Shown here: positions 1-14,940 of the stretch, piece after piece
Layout: every line of letters begins with the position of its first letter
Numbering within the stretch: position 1 is the first letter of the stretch
Source of the DNA: Lytechinus pictus
Lineage: Eukaryota
Length of the DNA stretch: 64,000 nt
NCBI RefSeq assembly: GCF_037042905.1
Contig: NC_087245.1
Location: 8,930,001 to 8,994,000, forward strand
Direction of reading: 5' to 3'
Notes under the pieces: generated by a model
Told to the model about the DNA's origin: nothing
Seen by the model: only the letters and a program-made list of their open reading frames with translations
Database searches by the model: none
Made by a program: the position numbers and the translations under genes

Positions 1-1704
1 TCCAGATTGGTGTATACAACAGTAGTACTGTAATCGTCTTTCTTTATTGTGCGGTATATAGACTGCGATAATGGCGCAATTTCACTGTATTGAATATCAG
101 TGGAAAGACGTGATATAATTTGACTTGTTAAATTTGATTAATGACAGACAGTAAAGTACAAATCGGAATTCGTATAAACCTGTGAGGCATTTGTATGTCA
201 CAAAGCATAATCCGTTTTATTGTGTAGTACAAACACCTATATTTTCCTTTGAAGATCTATGTTTAATATAAAAAAGATTACATTAAAGATAAAACGAGGT
301 AAATGCATTATTGCTGTGTTACAAATTTGGTTAGAGCAGTGGAAATGAAAATAATTCGCTTTTATATCTCTCTAAATACATCGTAACGAGGTCTACATTG
401 ATTTCATACATTATTGACTTTCCAAGGCATATTTTTTATATATCCCTTCATCTCGTTTCATTTCTTCTAAAAATATTTTTTGATCACTTGCATCCTGTCT
501 TCTATTCATTACTTAATTTTTCATTTTTCATTATTATTTTTTATACTAAAGTAAGAAAGTTCAGAGAACTGCGCAACCGCCATAACATGTACACCACTCT
601 CTCCCACCACTTTCACCACCTCAAGAAGATTTAAAACTGTCACCTTTCTTGTTCTACTTTCTTAGTCACTTTCACCGGAAACACCATTATATTTGACATG
701 GAATATAACGCCTCATAGCAACTCTATGGACCTGCATACCCACTATCATCAATACTACCTTGCTATATGTGAAATTCTAGTCTCTTTGCTCACCAGAAAT
801 TATAACAAGACAACGGCAAACCATCACCACTGACAAAACTGCTACCACGGCTACGACTACTAACAAAAAAACGAAAATCATTGCAACTTCTTACAACATC
901 AAATCATTCATAATAAATATCACCACAATTACCACCGCAAATATCGCTTTCAGAACTTACTTTCTTGATTACATGGTTATCTAATGAAGATATGAAGTAA
1001 GGCATATTTACATGTCTGAACTTCCTTCTCTCGACCTTATTACTCTTTCCTGATACAACAGCCTTGTTACTGTTTAAAGTAAAGACAATGCCCCCTCGTA
1101 CATGTCAAAACTTTTCAAAGGGGTTTGTTTAATATTACATTCCCATTCATTTTTACTTCCCTCTCTTTAACAATGAAAATGTTCCAATTACTCAAACTAA
1201 AGAGATAGAAAAATGTATTCAGTGTGATCACGATTTTATGTGTTTTTCCCAAAATAATATCGTTTCTGTGTGTTACCTGTCATTTTCCATCTTTTCTTTG
1301 TGTTCTTGTAATCATCTCATTCTCATATTCTTTGGGATTTCAACATTGAGTATTAGCTACTTCCTAGTCGTTTCCACATCGCATGTAAATTCTTTGTACA
1401 TCTAATGGCTAAATTAATGTTCTTGGTGTGGTCCACAGTTTTATCTTAATTATGTGATAGCCTAGCATAGAATAGCATACACGGGACCAGGGCATAATAC
1501 CTTAGTCTCTTATATTCTCTAGCAGTGACATATGTTTTGTAAATACATCCCACCAGTCGTCAAGTTGAACGTCACCCACTACCAGTAAATCATCGTCCTG
1601 AATACATAGCTTCCACAGCTATACCGTCTCCAGTCCAGTCTCTGCGATAATAAACAACACAGTGATCAAAGACTCAACATAACATTCTTTTCTCTCCGTT
1701 GTAG

Positions 1705-1803
1705 ACTCAGTGAACATAACAAGACCCACTGCGATACTGCAAATCTACATTAGCTCGCAGATAATCAATAAGATATGGAAATATTTGTTGGACAAATTGC
1801 AGT
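1705..1803 (+). other. Candidate 99-nt internal exon of an unknown gene
   Basis: Strong acceptor (ttcttttctctccgttgtag) and donor (gtaagt). Only one frame is open (phase 1-1: SVNITRPTAILQIYISSQIINKIWKYLLDKLQ). No recognisable homology. Confidence 0.25.
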
Positions 1804-2749
1804 GTAAGTGAAAGTGATGGTAATACCCAAGTCTCCGCGGAAAAGTTACTCAACACATCGTCGTCCGTGACTTCATTCGTCTAAAACGCAAGACCTGATA
1901 TCGATTGATTTTTAATGCTCTTATGAAGGCCAGATAATAGGGAATTGGCTGGTAATCAATTCCGAAATAATTGTCTAACTTGTCTAATGGGTTGTCAAAT
2001 TTCGTTAATAGTTGTCATGTATAGCTTGATAAAAAAATACATAATTGTATAGAAACTGCTTTAGATATTGATAACTAAAAATACAACTAATTTATAGAAA
2101 GTGGGAGCTGTAGGTGACCTGGAGTCCTGTAGTAACAATCGTCAATATATAGGTGTTATTAAAAGTAACATTTTGGTAAAAATAAAGAGTTTGTTGCTGC
2201 GTGTAAAGTGATGATTAAAAACCTTTTAAGTGGACGTGTTAAGAAATAACATTAAAACACTAGTGCTGGTGAAACGGAATTTAGAGAAAGAAAATATACA
2301 AATTTCTGGCAATTGAAATACTTTCAGTATAGGATTATGGATGTTGTAAACCACAAAAAAAAAACTACTAGGAGGAAATCGAGAAGCGAGAGAGACGGGG
2401 GGGGGGGGTGAGAGACAGGGAATATTGATGGAGAAACTGATCTTCCATGATCCTATTTTTGTAGCCCCTGTCTAAAAATCTGTTATGGAGGTAAAGCCCA
2501 CGAGATTGTTGGTAGTCATAAAAGTACACAAGCTTCAATCCACCATCTAAGAAATTATGTAAACAATATGCAATCACTTACAGCGAGTACACCCATCGTC
2601 AAGCAGAGTAATTAGACAGAGAGGACTTGGGGAGGCTAAAAGCAGAAGCAGCTAGAGAACCACCAAACATCACTGGATATGAATTTATGGATCTTAGGTT
2701 TGTAGGAAGAAGAGAACAGATGGGGAGGGCAGGCACATCGGAGAGGAAT

Positions 2750-3150
2750 CGTGATGATGATGGTGATGATGATGATGATGATTATGATGATAGTAGTAGT
2801 AATTACGAAGTTGGTGGTGTTGACGATGATAGTCGTGGTGGTAATGGTGGTGATGATGATGGTGATGGTGGTGAGGATAATGATGATGATCGTGGTGGTA
2901 GTAATGTTGGCGGTAGTTGAGATGGTGGTGGTAATGATAATTGTGTTAAAATGATGATGGTGATGTTGCCGGAGGTGGTAGTGATGATGATGGAGAGGAT
3001 GATTATGGTGATGATGGGGTGGTTGCAGTGTTGGTAGAGGTAGTGAGGATGGTGGTGATAATGGTGATGATGAGGATGATGGTGATGGTGGTGTTGATGA
3101 TGATGGCGATGGCGGTGGTGATAGTTATGATGATGGTGTGGCGGTGATGA
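2750..3150. repeat. (GAT/GGT)n low-complexity trinucleotide region
   Basis: Degenerate gat/ggt repeats; these explain the D/G-rich and M/V-rich spurious ORFs. Confidence 0.9.
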
Positions 3151-3811
3151 TAATTTTATTTATTTGTTTGTTTAAAAACAGGGAAGCCCATTAAAAAATG
3201 TGTTGGTCTCCCATGGGGCCCTGTGACAATGTACGTAGCATAACATAACGATTATAACAATTAATTTACATAACAACATCATAATGATAATGAGACGATG
3301 ATGTGGACGTGATAATGATGATTTCAGTTACATTAAATACAACACACAGACCTACTATTTGGCGCTTTAAAACTATATCAGAAGTCTATATGCATTCCTT
3401 CAGAATGCAATATAATGACACCGGGCTTAGCAGAGTACCTATTGACGTTGATGACAATGGGGATTTTGATGATTGTGGTGTCTGTTGAAGGTGCTTTTTG
3501 TCATAACGATGTTGATAATAATGGTGATGCCAATAATAGTGGTGGTGATGATGATGTTGAAAGAAATGGCGAGATGGCGGCGGTGGAATTGTTGGTAATT
3601 TTGATATAACCCAATAATTATAATAAATTCAAAGAATGATGATAAGGAAGGGAAAGGGGGGTCGCCTAATAACATTGATTATGACCTCGATGATATATCA
3701 GAACAGGAAGAGATATATGAGAAAATTTTGACCTGCTATAAAGATAGAGGTTCTGGTAACCAGTTAATGGAAAAAATTCTGACTCTGATGATACCAACAA
3801 AATTATATATG

Positions 3812-3850
<39 letters not shown>

Positions 3851-4346
3851 CATCCTTATGTTGATAATAATGTACAACGTCTTTATACCATTTACAACTT
3901 CGGTTACTTGCAATTATGCTCTATTGTAATCCCGCATTAAACCATACTGCCTCCTCTCTTAACAAGCGCCGTCTTCATCTCGCCTCTCGCATTTACTCCT
4001 GTTACCTGATAATTACACTAAAGCAATTAACTGAGATTTAAACTAAAGGTAACAGCTGAATTTGTAATAGGTATACGGCTAACTGGAGGTGTTATATTGT
4101 TACAAATGCAACAATCTAATTTACATTTGCTTGCTTTGCTATGATTAATTTTAAAGCGTTTTATATATTCGTTATCATCTAACCTGAAAAAGAGTTAGAG
4201 GGAATACAAATAGTTTGTCTAATAATTGATGGCTTCATAGATCATTGTCAACAATAAGCATGTACTAATACCCATGCATGATATTAATATTTCATTCTAT
4301 TATTTTCTTAATTCTTTCATTGAATCCATTGCACTTCAGAATTCAG

Positions 4347-4620
4347 GGGCTCGTACCGAAATGATAGATAGCGTCGCGTTAACGGGAACTCCATTCGTCA
4401 ATCCCCCTCTCCATCCCGAGTTTTGCCAAAAGGGTGCGTTTTGACCTATTTTGTTTACTCATTATTTGGTTCAATTACGATGATTATTATTTTGTCTATA
4501 GTCAATTCTTCTAATAGCCTTTGGGCTATAACTTCTAAAAATTGGTCTAATACCGATTTGACTAAGGGTGGGGTTCCTGTTAACGCGTCGCGACGCTATC
4601 CACCCTTTCGGTCCAAGCCG
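4347..4620. mobile_element. MITE with ~50-bp imperfect TIRs
   Basis: Left end ggctcgtaccgaaatgatagatagcgtcgcgttaacgggaac matches the reverse complement of the right end, ggcttggaccgaaagggtggatagcgtcgcgacgcgttaacaggaac. TSD unclear. Confidence 0.7.
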
Positions 4621-7600
4621 AATGTATCTGCAGAACTGATCATAAATAATATTTTATTACGGGCTTTTATTGCCCTTTTACCATCTCAGCCTAAGAATAC
4701 CTTCTGATTACATCTCAGCACCGATACGTGTCACAATGCTAAACTGGTGTTACAGAGCTTCTTTTAGTGTAAATCATTTGATCAAGATTTATTTTCTGAA
4801 TACTAATTTAGCCTTGTCCGTATCAAGTTGCGAGGTAAATCATATTCAATGGTAATGATGTTCACTCGCTTGAAGCAAACGTGCTTAATCAAGACTGTAT
4901 TTTCAGTCTACACATCGGTGCCAATGGCACTTAATAATTTGAAAGTAATCTATTTGAATTGCACATGGCATTTTGAGATCATGAAATATTATTCATTAGA
5001 AACATCACCTCCTGAAATAAAATACTGTCTTAGTTACCAGTGACCACGGGACGGGGGAATCAGTCCCCGTTTTATTTTTGTCAAACATTAACAAAAACGC
5101 TAAAGTGATAACAAAAATGTAATTTTATGCGTGTTCAGCCCCATGCATCACACCCCTCCCGCTTTTAGTTTTTTTTCCGCCTACGTAAAGTCCATCTCCT
5201 AACTTAGATAAAAATATAAACAGAATAAGGAAATGCATTTTATACCACGCAATCCTAGTATACGACATTGTTTCTCAGACTACTCGAATGCTCGAGGGGA
5301 ACATGGAACATTGCGTGTGAAAAGAGAAATTTCGGAGAAACTGAAAATAAATTTGGGAAGAAGCAAACGATTGTGAATATTCCTATGGAACGTTTTTGTG
5401 AATCTTTGTCTCTATTAATCCATCCCTTTAAGATCACGATGAATATGCAGAGTCAACTGAGATAATTAATTTAACAAATCGATCACTGTTGAGCATAGAT
5501 GATGTCAAATTACTCCTAATCGTGTAGTCTCCCTCATCCTTTATCACCATCATCCGGCATGTCCATTCAGACTCCATCTATCTTCAGGACCATGTTCTCT
5601 ATGTTTGGAGTCTTAATAATTATCTATCAGGGATGAAGGATACAGATCAGATACATTTGAGAGAAAAAATCATGGATAATTATGAAGAAAATTCAATATT
5701 GCATGGCGAGTCTGGTATGGTATACGGACGATAAAGGACACTTGGACATAATTCTTTGGGATATCATGCATCTTAATCTTGACAAATAGACTCTTGGTGG
5801 TATAATGTATAGACTGCTTAATTTAATAGACCATTGACCGACATGATTAGACTAAAAAAGAGTGAAACAAACTCATAATTTGTTCGAAGGAAAATATTCA
5901 GAAATAGATTTGATTGAAAACTGAAGCGTGAGGAAGGAAATATGAAAATGGATTTGTACAAAACTCTGGAAGAGGGAGATGTTTATTTATGAAACGGAAT
6001 GGGGAATGATGAATAAGAAATAAATTAAGTAGGGAAAAGGAATGATGGAAAACTCAGAAAAGGAGAGGGGGGGTAGTAGACGAACCCATTATCCCAGGCA
6101 CATAATCACAAGTAATTCACGCACACAATAACCACCATCGCTCTGTTATGCTATATTTATACCATGAAACCGACTCCAGACCGATCAACGCTATACAGTT
6201 TATTCCCAATGAATTACCATTGGTTTGGTTCGAAATCGTATTATATTATCTACACCGCCGTTTTTCATTGTTTAGAAGACGACACTGGAAGGAAGCACCA
6301 ATATCAAAAGCTCCCAGACAATTTAAGGTTAGTTGTCTTTTTTTTTCTTTAAAACATAAAGATATAGATGATTACAAGCATCTTCGCTGAATGTCCTTCG
6401 AAATGTCGAGTAGAAGGAGAGGATCATTTATTCCTTTCAACAGTATTTTCATGGCTTTCTGAATGTGGATGCGGAACACCTTAGGCACTTTTTTTTTCTA
6501 TATAGGACATTCCCGTCTTTAAAAACACTTTACGTGTCACCGCAGTCTATATACCGAGATTGGGGGAAAGGTCTTTCCATTTAATTTCCATTTTAGATGC
6601 ACGGCACGAGTAGTTAATCCCAATTAATATGTCGAGTCCTTAGAATATGTGCCTCGGAATCATTTAATTTCAAACCGGGTAAATTCATGTAAGGAGATTT
6701 CCATCCTTATTTGTGACTTTCATAAAGCAGATGTAAATCTATTCAATGTTATAAATTCAATATTCAATGTATAAAATTTTAGATATAACCTTCATATAAT
6801 ATGTGTGGTAAGAACTTGACTTTTAGAATGGGTATAGTATTAAGGCGGAAGAAGATAATAAAGATAGAGTGAGATGAGTAGAGAAACTCTTTTATGCTGA
6901 AGAAATCAGATAAAGGTTAAAACCCGATAGAATTCCTATTAAAAGAACCCAACGATGGTCATGCTTTTAGTGGAATAGGAATATCAAGAAATGTAAGAAA
7001 TAATTATCTATATAGTTAGATTATTTTTGAAAATTTGTGATCATGTAATATTATATTGTTATGTGCTCCTCGAAATTTGAAGAAAAAAAAACATAAAAAA
7101 CCCCCAGATTTTGGACGTCTGAAAGATATTGGTCAAGGAATGAGGTATTGTTTTGAATGTCTGACTGAATAATCAGATCACTCTGACAAATGTAAATCCC
7201 AAAGTGGGAATTTGGTGAAGAGAGTTGTGACAAGTTTGCCATGTACTTTATTATGAAGATTTTATTTTTGTTCTTCTAAGTATTCCCCCTGATGATAATC
7301 ACATTGTATCATATTGGTAAAATGTCCTCAAGAATATTACACAAATCTGACTAAAGATTTTGAGCAAAAAAAAATTAAAAATGCCTATAGTGATTACAGT
7401 TTATCACAAATTTTAAATATAATTTTCTTAAGTTTGTCCGATTTGTTCAGTCTTTTACTTGTCCCCTTTCCCAGCTTTTCTCCTTCTTTAAAAACAGCTT
7501 CATATTCGGGTTGGATTTTCTTTTAAGGTCCATCAAAATGTTTATTTAAATAGAGAAAGAAAAATTAAAGAAGGATAACACTGATAGTTCCATTAAAATC

Positions 7601-8399
7601 GGAGTTATATAATACAGAATAATTTGTCATTTCAAAGTTTGCTTTATTTCATAAAATATGCAACATGCCTCAAATGGAAATGTCAGACTCGATGACACAC
7701 TCACCATTTTCATCATAATTTCATGATTTTTGTAGATTTGACAATAAGTAAGGTATTTTTGTTATTGAATAATGTCTATTCCACATGCCCATTATAAAAG
7801 TTGACCGTGTGATAGTTCATGCAAGGAAAAAAATACCGGCTGTGCTGTTAAATAATCGAAGATTTAGATTGGCATAGTAATTTTTATTTTTTACAACTAT
7901 TTTTTTTCATTAGTGATACGTTTTTCCCCCTATTTTTTACAACTAACTAACATGTCGGAGTGAAATTTGTCATTAACTGAAAGAATATCTATAAGAACGT
8001 GTAGGAGTTTTGGTGTTTATGGTGATGCGTAGGCGCTTGTGTGTGTGTGTGTTTGCCAGTGTGGAGATCTGTGATAGAGAAGGGGTGAGACAGAAAAAGA
8101 CAGGAGGAAGAAATTCTGGTTAAAAAAAAAAGTGCACCATTGGAAGATCCAGTATAAAATGAGGGAAGGAGACAGAGAGAAGAAAAAGAGGGGTGGGTTA
8201 CATAAAAGAAAAGAATAGAAAAGTAATCAAACAAGATCTTGGTTAAAAGGAATGGCATTCAATTTTATACTTCCGAAAACTGCCAAGTAAAAGAAGTTAC
8301 AGCCATGACGATCATGCATTAAATTTCCCCCCCCCCCCGATCTCGCACGTGCATTACGGTTTAGAAGTGAAGCGCATGATGATCGTCATGCTGACATCT

Positions 8400-8927
8400 C
8401 GCAAACCCCGCCCTGAAAACCTGACCAAAAAGTAGAAGAGCAAGAAACATCCGACTCAATAGCGCCAAAGTTGTAACGCTATCAACAACACGGTTAAATC
8501 ATCGGTCAGTCGTTTGTAAATTGTCGGAGAGGTAGCGGACAAATCATCTCCTCGTTCTCGACGGTACTGGCGTTCGCGCGCAAACTCAAACTTATCGGCA
8601 TCTCACCATCCTAACATCTGGGGTAAAAGATCAAAAGCAATAAAGCAGTCATCCTATCTCCTTCTCATCGCTGTTTCTTTTGCTTTCTCTCAACTATCTT
8701 GGATCAAGAGTGATTGCCGCGTCTTGATTTGTTGCTTCAATATCTTTTCGCATTTGCGCGAATTTGAAGGGGATCAGTAACCGTGTTGTGAGCCGAGAGG
8801 ACTTCATTTAAACGTCAATCGAATGTTATTGAATGTGATTTTATCTTCTCCTTCAAGCTCTGCCTCGTTACTCGCTCTATCAACCAACATCTTCTTTCCC
8901 TTGGGGAGACAATTACTTTGATTTAAG
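8400..8927 (+). promoter_or_regulatory. Candidate promoter plus non-coding first exon
   Basis: Locally CpG-rich stretch ending in a consensus donor AAG|GTAAGT at 8927/8928. No ORF or repeat hallmarks. Confidence 0.35.
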
Positions 8928-9412
8928 GTAAGTGTATGATCGTGCACTCACAAATAAACTTTATATTACATGAAACCTATCAGTTCTCGCTTAATGCGTT
9001 ACTTTGTTTGTGAAAAGTCATTTTACACTGATTACAAACCTGAAGAAGAGTCCCATGCATAAAAGATACTTCATTCATAAAATTGCTACTGCAAATTTTC
9101 CTACCAACCTGGAATAAACTTGTTCGTTTCTCTTCTTGCTTTTTGCCTCCACTAAAAAATCCCCCTGAATGTCTTTTCCCCATATGCTATTCTGATGCAT
9201 CGCTCTGCAGGAATCACATTAAAATGTTGTTAATGATGAAAATAGTATAATAATCATAGTAATAATAATAACTTAGTGTTATATAGCGCTTTTTCACGAG
9301 ATCCATATCAAAGCGCTTTACAATGTAGAGAATTTGAAATATACAAACAAACGTGAATTAGAAATTATATAACAAGAAATAAAAATATCAAGGTGACTGT
9401 AAGTGGTGTATG

Positions 9413-9443
<31 letters not shown>

Positions 9444-9465
9444 TTGATGTATATATATGTATGTA

Positions 9466-9706
9466 CACTGCAAAAACTCCAGTGTTAATTTATCACCAGC
9501 CTGGTATCTATATCAGTCGACACCAGAAAAGCGTTGAAACAACACCAGTTAAGAATCAAACCGATATTGGTTAAACACTAATCGGTGTTGCTTAAATGCC
9601 ACATTGGTGTTAGCCATACACCAATTGATGTTGTTTCAATACCTCTCCGGTATAGACCAATATAGATACCAGGCAGGTGTTAAATTAACGCCTGCTTTTT
9701 GCGGTG
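9466..9706. mobile_element. Palindromic MITE with CAC(T/C)GCAAAAA termini in a TA microsatellite
   Basis: cactgcaaaaactccagtgttaattt ... aaattaacgcctgctttttgcggtg; ~80-bp inverted arms flanked by TA on both sides. Confidence 0.8.
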
Positions 9707-12521
9707 TATGTATGTATGTATATGTTTTCGCATTAATGGAGGAAGATGATTCGGTGAAATTATGTTCTAAACAAACATATACTTGAAAAAGGTGGAATTT
9801 TACTACGTACGCATGATTAACGAAGTTCATATAATCACTCTTTAATATTTCAATTACATTGTCTATGAAACATGAAACGTCAATTTCGATGTTGAAACAT
9901 GTGCACACATATTAAAATGAGATTTTCAAGAGTGTGCTGAGCCAGCTAACATAGGGTAGAATGCAAACAAAGTGACACTAGTTTTTGAAGGTTTTAATCG
10001 TTCAAGTGGTTGAGAGCGAAATTCAGTTTGATTTTTTTTTTCAATCTGGTCACATCAAACCACATGCACACTGTGAGCTATTAATTAATAACCATATCAA
10101 TGCAGTGCTTTTCAGAGACTGAATCATTGTATTTAATCCGAGAAAATATTTTTGAAAAGCTTTTTCAGAACTTCAAAATCCCTTAACATGCAGGCAAATG
10201 TGCATTTCCCCCATCTTATGAAATTTTGTTCAACCTTATAGATTTTTTTACGATCTTTGAAATTGTTTGTGCATTTAGATTGTAGAAATCACCACATAAT
10301 TATTGATATCGTTTAAGCGCTCTCACCTTTTGACCATATGTAACACATTCTTAACCATATTGTATACATATCAGGCCTGCGTCTGAAGGAAATCATAACA
10401 CTTTTCAAACAATACATGTACTTGTTTGCATAATCCCTGGAAGGAAAATAATTTAGGCAAGTAAAGTTATACATGTAATGACTCAAAGGATTAAAAATAA
10501 ATATTGATGTTGAGTAAAAAAAAATTATTGGCGTATCTGTGAAAATATGATTGTATTGATGTGACAAGTAAGTTGAAGGTGTACGAACGTTTTCATATTT
10601 ATCGCCTTATTCGTTAAAGTAGCGCACAATAAGTGACGCTTAAGATTTTGAATTCATCCAATATCTTTATTTTATCGTAACACCGGACGGTTTGATTATT
10701 TGCCTGTACTCGATAAGCTTTAACAAATTACTTATCTTTTTTTCTCGAAAGCTTTACTCAATCGTGTGTCGATTGGAATTGTTTCAGAGCTCTTTTATTA
10801 ATCGATGTTCTTTGTATTAAAGAAATATAAACGGGTAACAGCGTGATACTTGCTAAATGCCCCCCCCCCCTTGTTCTGTGCTTACAAGTCTGGAAATAAT
10901 CCATGGAGCTATTAAAAACTAAATAAACTATACTGTGATGTTTTTCGTTTTTTTTTTGTGGAGGAAAACCTTAACAATTTGCTTAAACCTAAACAATTTA
11001 CATATAAACGAGGATAAAATGAACATTTAAACACTTTGGTAAATCATATCATTCATTACTAGTCATTTTGTCGATGTACGTGTGTTATTTGTGTTTTGTC
11101 TATTTACCGTTTGGTAAAATAGAACATTCATGATCATACACTATAATCACATTTTATTAGTTTTGAAATTCTATTGTATGATGAATAGAATATGTAAAAT
11201 TACCATGAATTGCATAAAAAAAATAATGAAAGAGATTATTTTTTAAATCCACATTTATAATTTTGATCATTCTTATACTGATTTAATGAAGGAGGGCAAT
11301 ATAATGTTACTAATTTATAATCGAAGTACTCTTTTTAAATTGTCAGTGTTTTACTATCTGATTACGACTCTGCAATCCCAAATTTTGTATCATTGCAATT
11401 TTGTTATCACTTTGTTTTATATTTTTTATATTATTTCTTGAAATTGCAACATCATTCAATATAGTATTACTAAATTTCATGATTGGTAAATTTCTGGCTA
11501 TTTTAAAGAAATTTAATGAAACCCAATTTTAAGACTTGTCGATTACACTTATTTCACATATCTAGAAAAATGTCTGGAAGAGATAGATTAGTTTAACCGT
11601 GTCAAAATGCTTAAAAATGAAATTTGAAAGTTACATTGTTAATGATCATTTGCAATATTGTGTTACAACGTGTATAGTCAAGTGGTTACCATGCATATTG
11701 CACTGGCAGATCCGGAATTAAAAATAGAGGGTGCGTGAAGAAAAAATTTGAAATTATTTTCTGAGATTAAGCAATATCGGCGCGTGTTCCTTGCGCCCCG
11801 GTCTTGATTCGCCACTGTATATATCATCATGATGAATAATCAACAATCTTTACAAAAGTTCAACTTGCTCCAAACCAGCTAGTGAAACTTTATCCGTCAG
11901 ATCTAACCAAAGAAAATTGTGGAAATTAAAATGTGAGATTATATATTATTTAAAAAAATGGGTGAAAAGGAATTTTTTTTTTTCAACAGGCTTGCAGGCG
12001 GATGGTACAGTCACGACAGTGTGACTTCAGGCCCCATACGCGGTCTTAGACATGAATACATTTCCGAACCCCTCCGGGATATTTTATATGCAGTAACCTC
12101 AATCGGAATTGCTGATTCCTAATGTTTTCTTTACCAATATCCTAAGTTTTAAAGAGCAAGCACTTTAGTCGCGATGCAGATATTTCCACGCTCTTTATTT
12201 TTCAAAATGATTGAATGTCTTGTATATTGTAAATACACACGTATATTAGGACATACTTCTACACAATACGGGCTATTTTCCGAATAAAAACATTCAAATT
12301 TAATGTTATTATTATAGGAGACGGCATTTTCTTCTCGTATTGCTTTGTTATTATGATTAGAGAGCATTAATAAATATGGATGTTTATCAGTTCCGTGTCT
12401 TGATTCAAAAGGTTGGCTGCCGCACTTGCATTGCGCATTCGACGGATTCCCATACAGTGCTTTCAACGTTCAGAATTCCAAAATTGACTTTGTTTTGTGT
12501 GTATTCTACATGGATTTTTAA

Positions 12522-13073
12522 TGAGATTATCCTAGGAAGAGGTTAGCTTGGGTGAACACAAAATAATCAAAGAAAAAAATCAGTGAAAATGTGAGAAAAA
12601 TTGTACAAATAATAGGAAAGTTATTAGTATTTTAATTTTGTCACCCCTAATGCTGTGGATAACCTTCCGTTGGTTGTGCCACCACATGGTGTTATTTCAC
12701 AGTTGTTCAACTCCCCAATTACTATACATATTTTACTTACATTAGGACTTTAATAAATCAGGTTTTTTGTGTCATTGGATGACATGTTAGAGTTCCATAA
12801 ACTATTTTCATGACAAATATTGCACTATATAGAACGAGCAAAAATATATGTTTTGGAGTATATTTTCAGTATACCAAGGGGAGAGTTGTACTTCTGTGAC
12901 ATCACATATATTGGTCGCATTGCAACGAGATGATATCCATAGCAGTTGTGATTTTAACATTCAAATGCTCATAATGTTTTTATTGTTTGTCCAGTTCTCA
13001 AACTTTTGTTGATCTTATCCTTGGATTTGTATGTGTTCATACAGGCTAACTTGATCAAGGGTTTCGTTCTCCT
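12522..13073. mobile_element. Degenerate TTAA-flanked (Kolobok-type) MITE, family A
   Basis: TTAA at 12518-12521 and 13074-13077 with long imperfect inverted arms. The reverse complement of the right end (aggagaacgaaaccc...attatgagcatttgaat) matches the left end of the 30046 copy. Confidence 0.65.
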
Positions 13074-13077
13074 TTAA

Positions 13078-13677
13078 AGTGATGGTCCAGGCTGGAGAGA
13101 TAGTTATATCTCAATGAATAGAGTAAAATTCACAAAGCAAAATGCTGAAAATTTGATCAAAATCGGATAGCAAATAACGAAGTTATTGAATTTTAAAGAT
13201 TTGAATTATTCCAGTGAAACAGTTCAAGGCATGTCTTTATGAATATTCATTAGGTTGGCTGATGATGTCACATCCCCACTTGTTGTTTTGTATTTTGTTA
13301 TATGAAATTAGGATTAGTCAAAAATTTTCTACCAAGACAACAATTGGATTGACAACTGATTAAGTGCATTAGTTTTTTACTGCCGCAACTTATTTCATCA
13401 TAATGGAGACACATCATTTACACATGTATGAAAAAATGAAACATTCATGATTTCATGTAATAACATAAGAAAGAGGAAAGTGGAGATGTGACATCATCAG
13501 CCCACCTAATGAATATTCATGACGATGTGCATATAACTGATTTCACAAAATATTGATAAACTTTAAAATTCAATAATTTCATTATTTGTTATCCGATTTT
13601 AATGAAATTTTCAGCATTTTGCTCTGAATTTTACTCTATTTATTTAGATATAAATGTTTTCAGCCCGGACCATCCCT
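13078..13677. mobile_element. 600-bp TTAA-flanked (Kolobok-type) MITE, family B
   Basis: TTAA|agtgatggtccaggctg ... cagcccggaccatccct|TTAA, with ~210-bp inverted arms. AG..CT termini plus a TTAA TSD fit Kolobok. Confidence 0.85.
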
Positions 13678-14030
13678 TTAAGTTAGAATGTGTAATGAAC
13701 ATTAAGGCCGATATCCGTATCCTTTATAGCCTGCATCTAAGAAACTAACACTTGGTTCCAAGCCACAAATTGAAGCTTGGATGGATGTGAGCGTTTACTG
13801 TTTCCATGCCGACAGCATATCTGGGTATGATGCATTAACAAAGTCAAGATTAAATGTGCTCTATTTACCACATGTGAATTCTTAAGTCTATTCTTATTCA
13901 ACAAATCTTAGATTTCGCATGGCTAATTTCAAACTAAATTTTTGGCATTTTGAATTATTTCAAATTAATTGATATTCATGTTTTAGAAGTTTCCAGCGCT
14001 GTGCAATTAAATGATGAATTTTGCAAGTTA

Positions 14031-14140
14031 CCATGTCACAGCGCATTGTGAGTAAAATTTTTGGCTGAAGGGAAGCACACACTGGATTCGAGCCCACGTC
14101 CCTCTGATATAAAGGAGAGTGCCGAAACCACTAAACCACG
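14031..14140 (-). mobile_element. Truncated tRNA-derived SINE
   Basis: Minus strand reads cgtggtttagtgg (A box) ... gggctcgaatcc (B box) then cttcagccaaaaattttactcac, similar to the 40186 SINE. Confidence 0.55.
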
Positions 14141-14812
14141 AACCCCCCCCCCCCACACACACACAATTATCACGTTGATAAATTATTATGTTGATAACTT
14201 GGATAAAGATTCATTTTCATGAATGAATAGACAACGGTGAAACGGGCATAACAAATTTTATCGAAATCGAATAAAAAAAAACAAAGCATTTTAAATGTTG
14301 GCAAATTTCAACGAAATATGCACATCATAGACGATATGCAAATGAGGGAACCGAAAAAACAGTTACATATGTCATGATATATCGTAGGAAATATCAAACA
14401 TTGTTAATCCCTCATTTAGTTTAAACCTGTTTTTATTGTCCATAGAGTATATGAATATTAGTATTTAAATGATTATTAATTTTATCATTAATCATTAGCT
14501 TCTCATCTCCAAAGTTATGATGTTTAAGTGGTTTTTTATTATACATAATAGTGTTTGCATACATGTCTACATTTTGCATAATTATCATTCTTATGGTGAA
14601 ACTGAAAACTTCTTTTTTCATCCGAGTTTCATGATTTTCATTATGTTTGTCTGATTTTTTTTATTCATTTAAACAATTTTGTTAGAATTCACATTGCATT
14701 TTATTATGTCTAAAGGTTTGTTTTTTATTTCACATTTCCACTTTTGCTATGAGAGGTGATATTAGTCATGCAATTATATTTTCGAATCATATTCTGGACA
14801 AGGTCCATTGAA

Positions 14813-14940
14813 ACTTTTACCTCGGCCATTTTTTACCTCAGCCATTCTTATTTCTGCCATTTTTTCCTCTGCAATTTTTACTTCTGCCATTCCTATCTCT
14901 GCCATTTTTACTTCTGCCTTTTTGCCTCTGCCATGTTTAC
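14813..14940. repeat. ~15-16-bp tandem repeat (tctgccatttttact)
   Basis: About 8 degenerate copies; these explain the (SAIF/T)n ORF. Confidence 0.8.

Noticed and set aside
1500..1642. Minus-strand exon-like segment with LWKLC, reminiscent of the claudin GLWxxC motif
   Set aside because: All three frames contain stops between the apparent acceptor and donor, and the motif is incomplete.
2627..2954. D/G-rich and M/V-rich ORFs
   Set aside because: Translations of a (GAT/GGT)n microsatellite with no splice or domain support.
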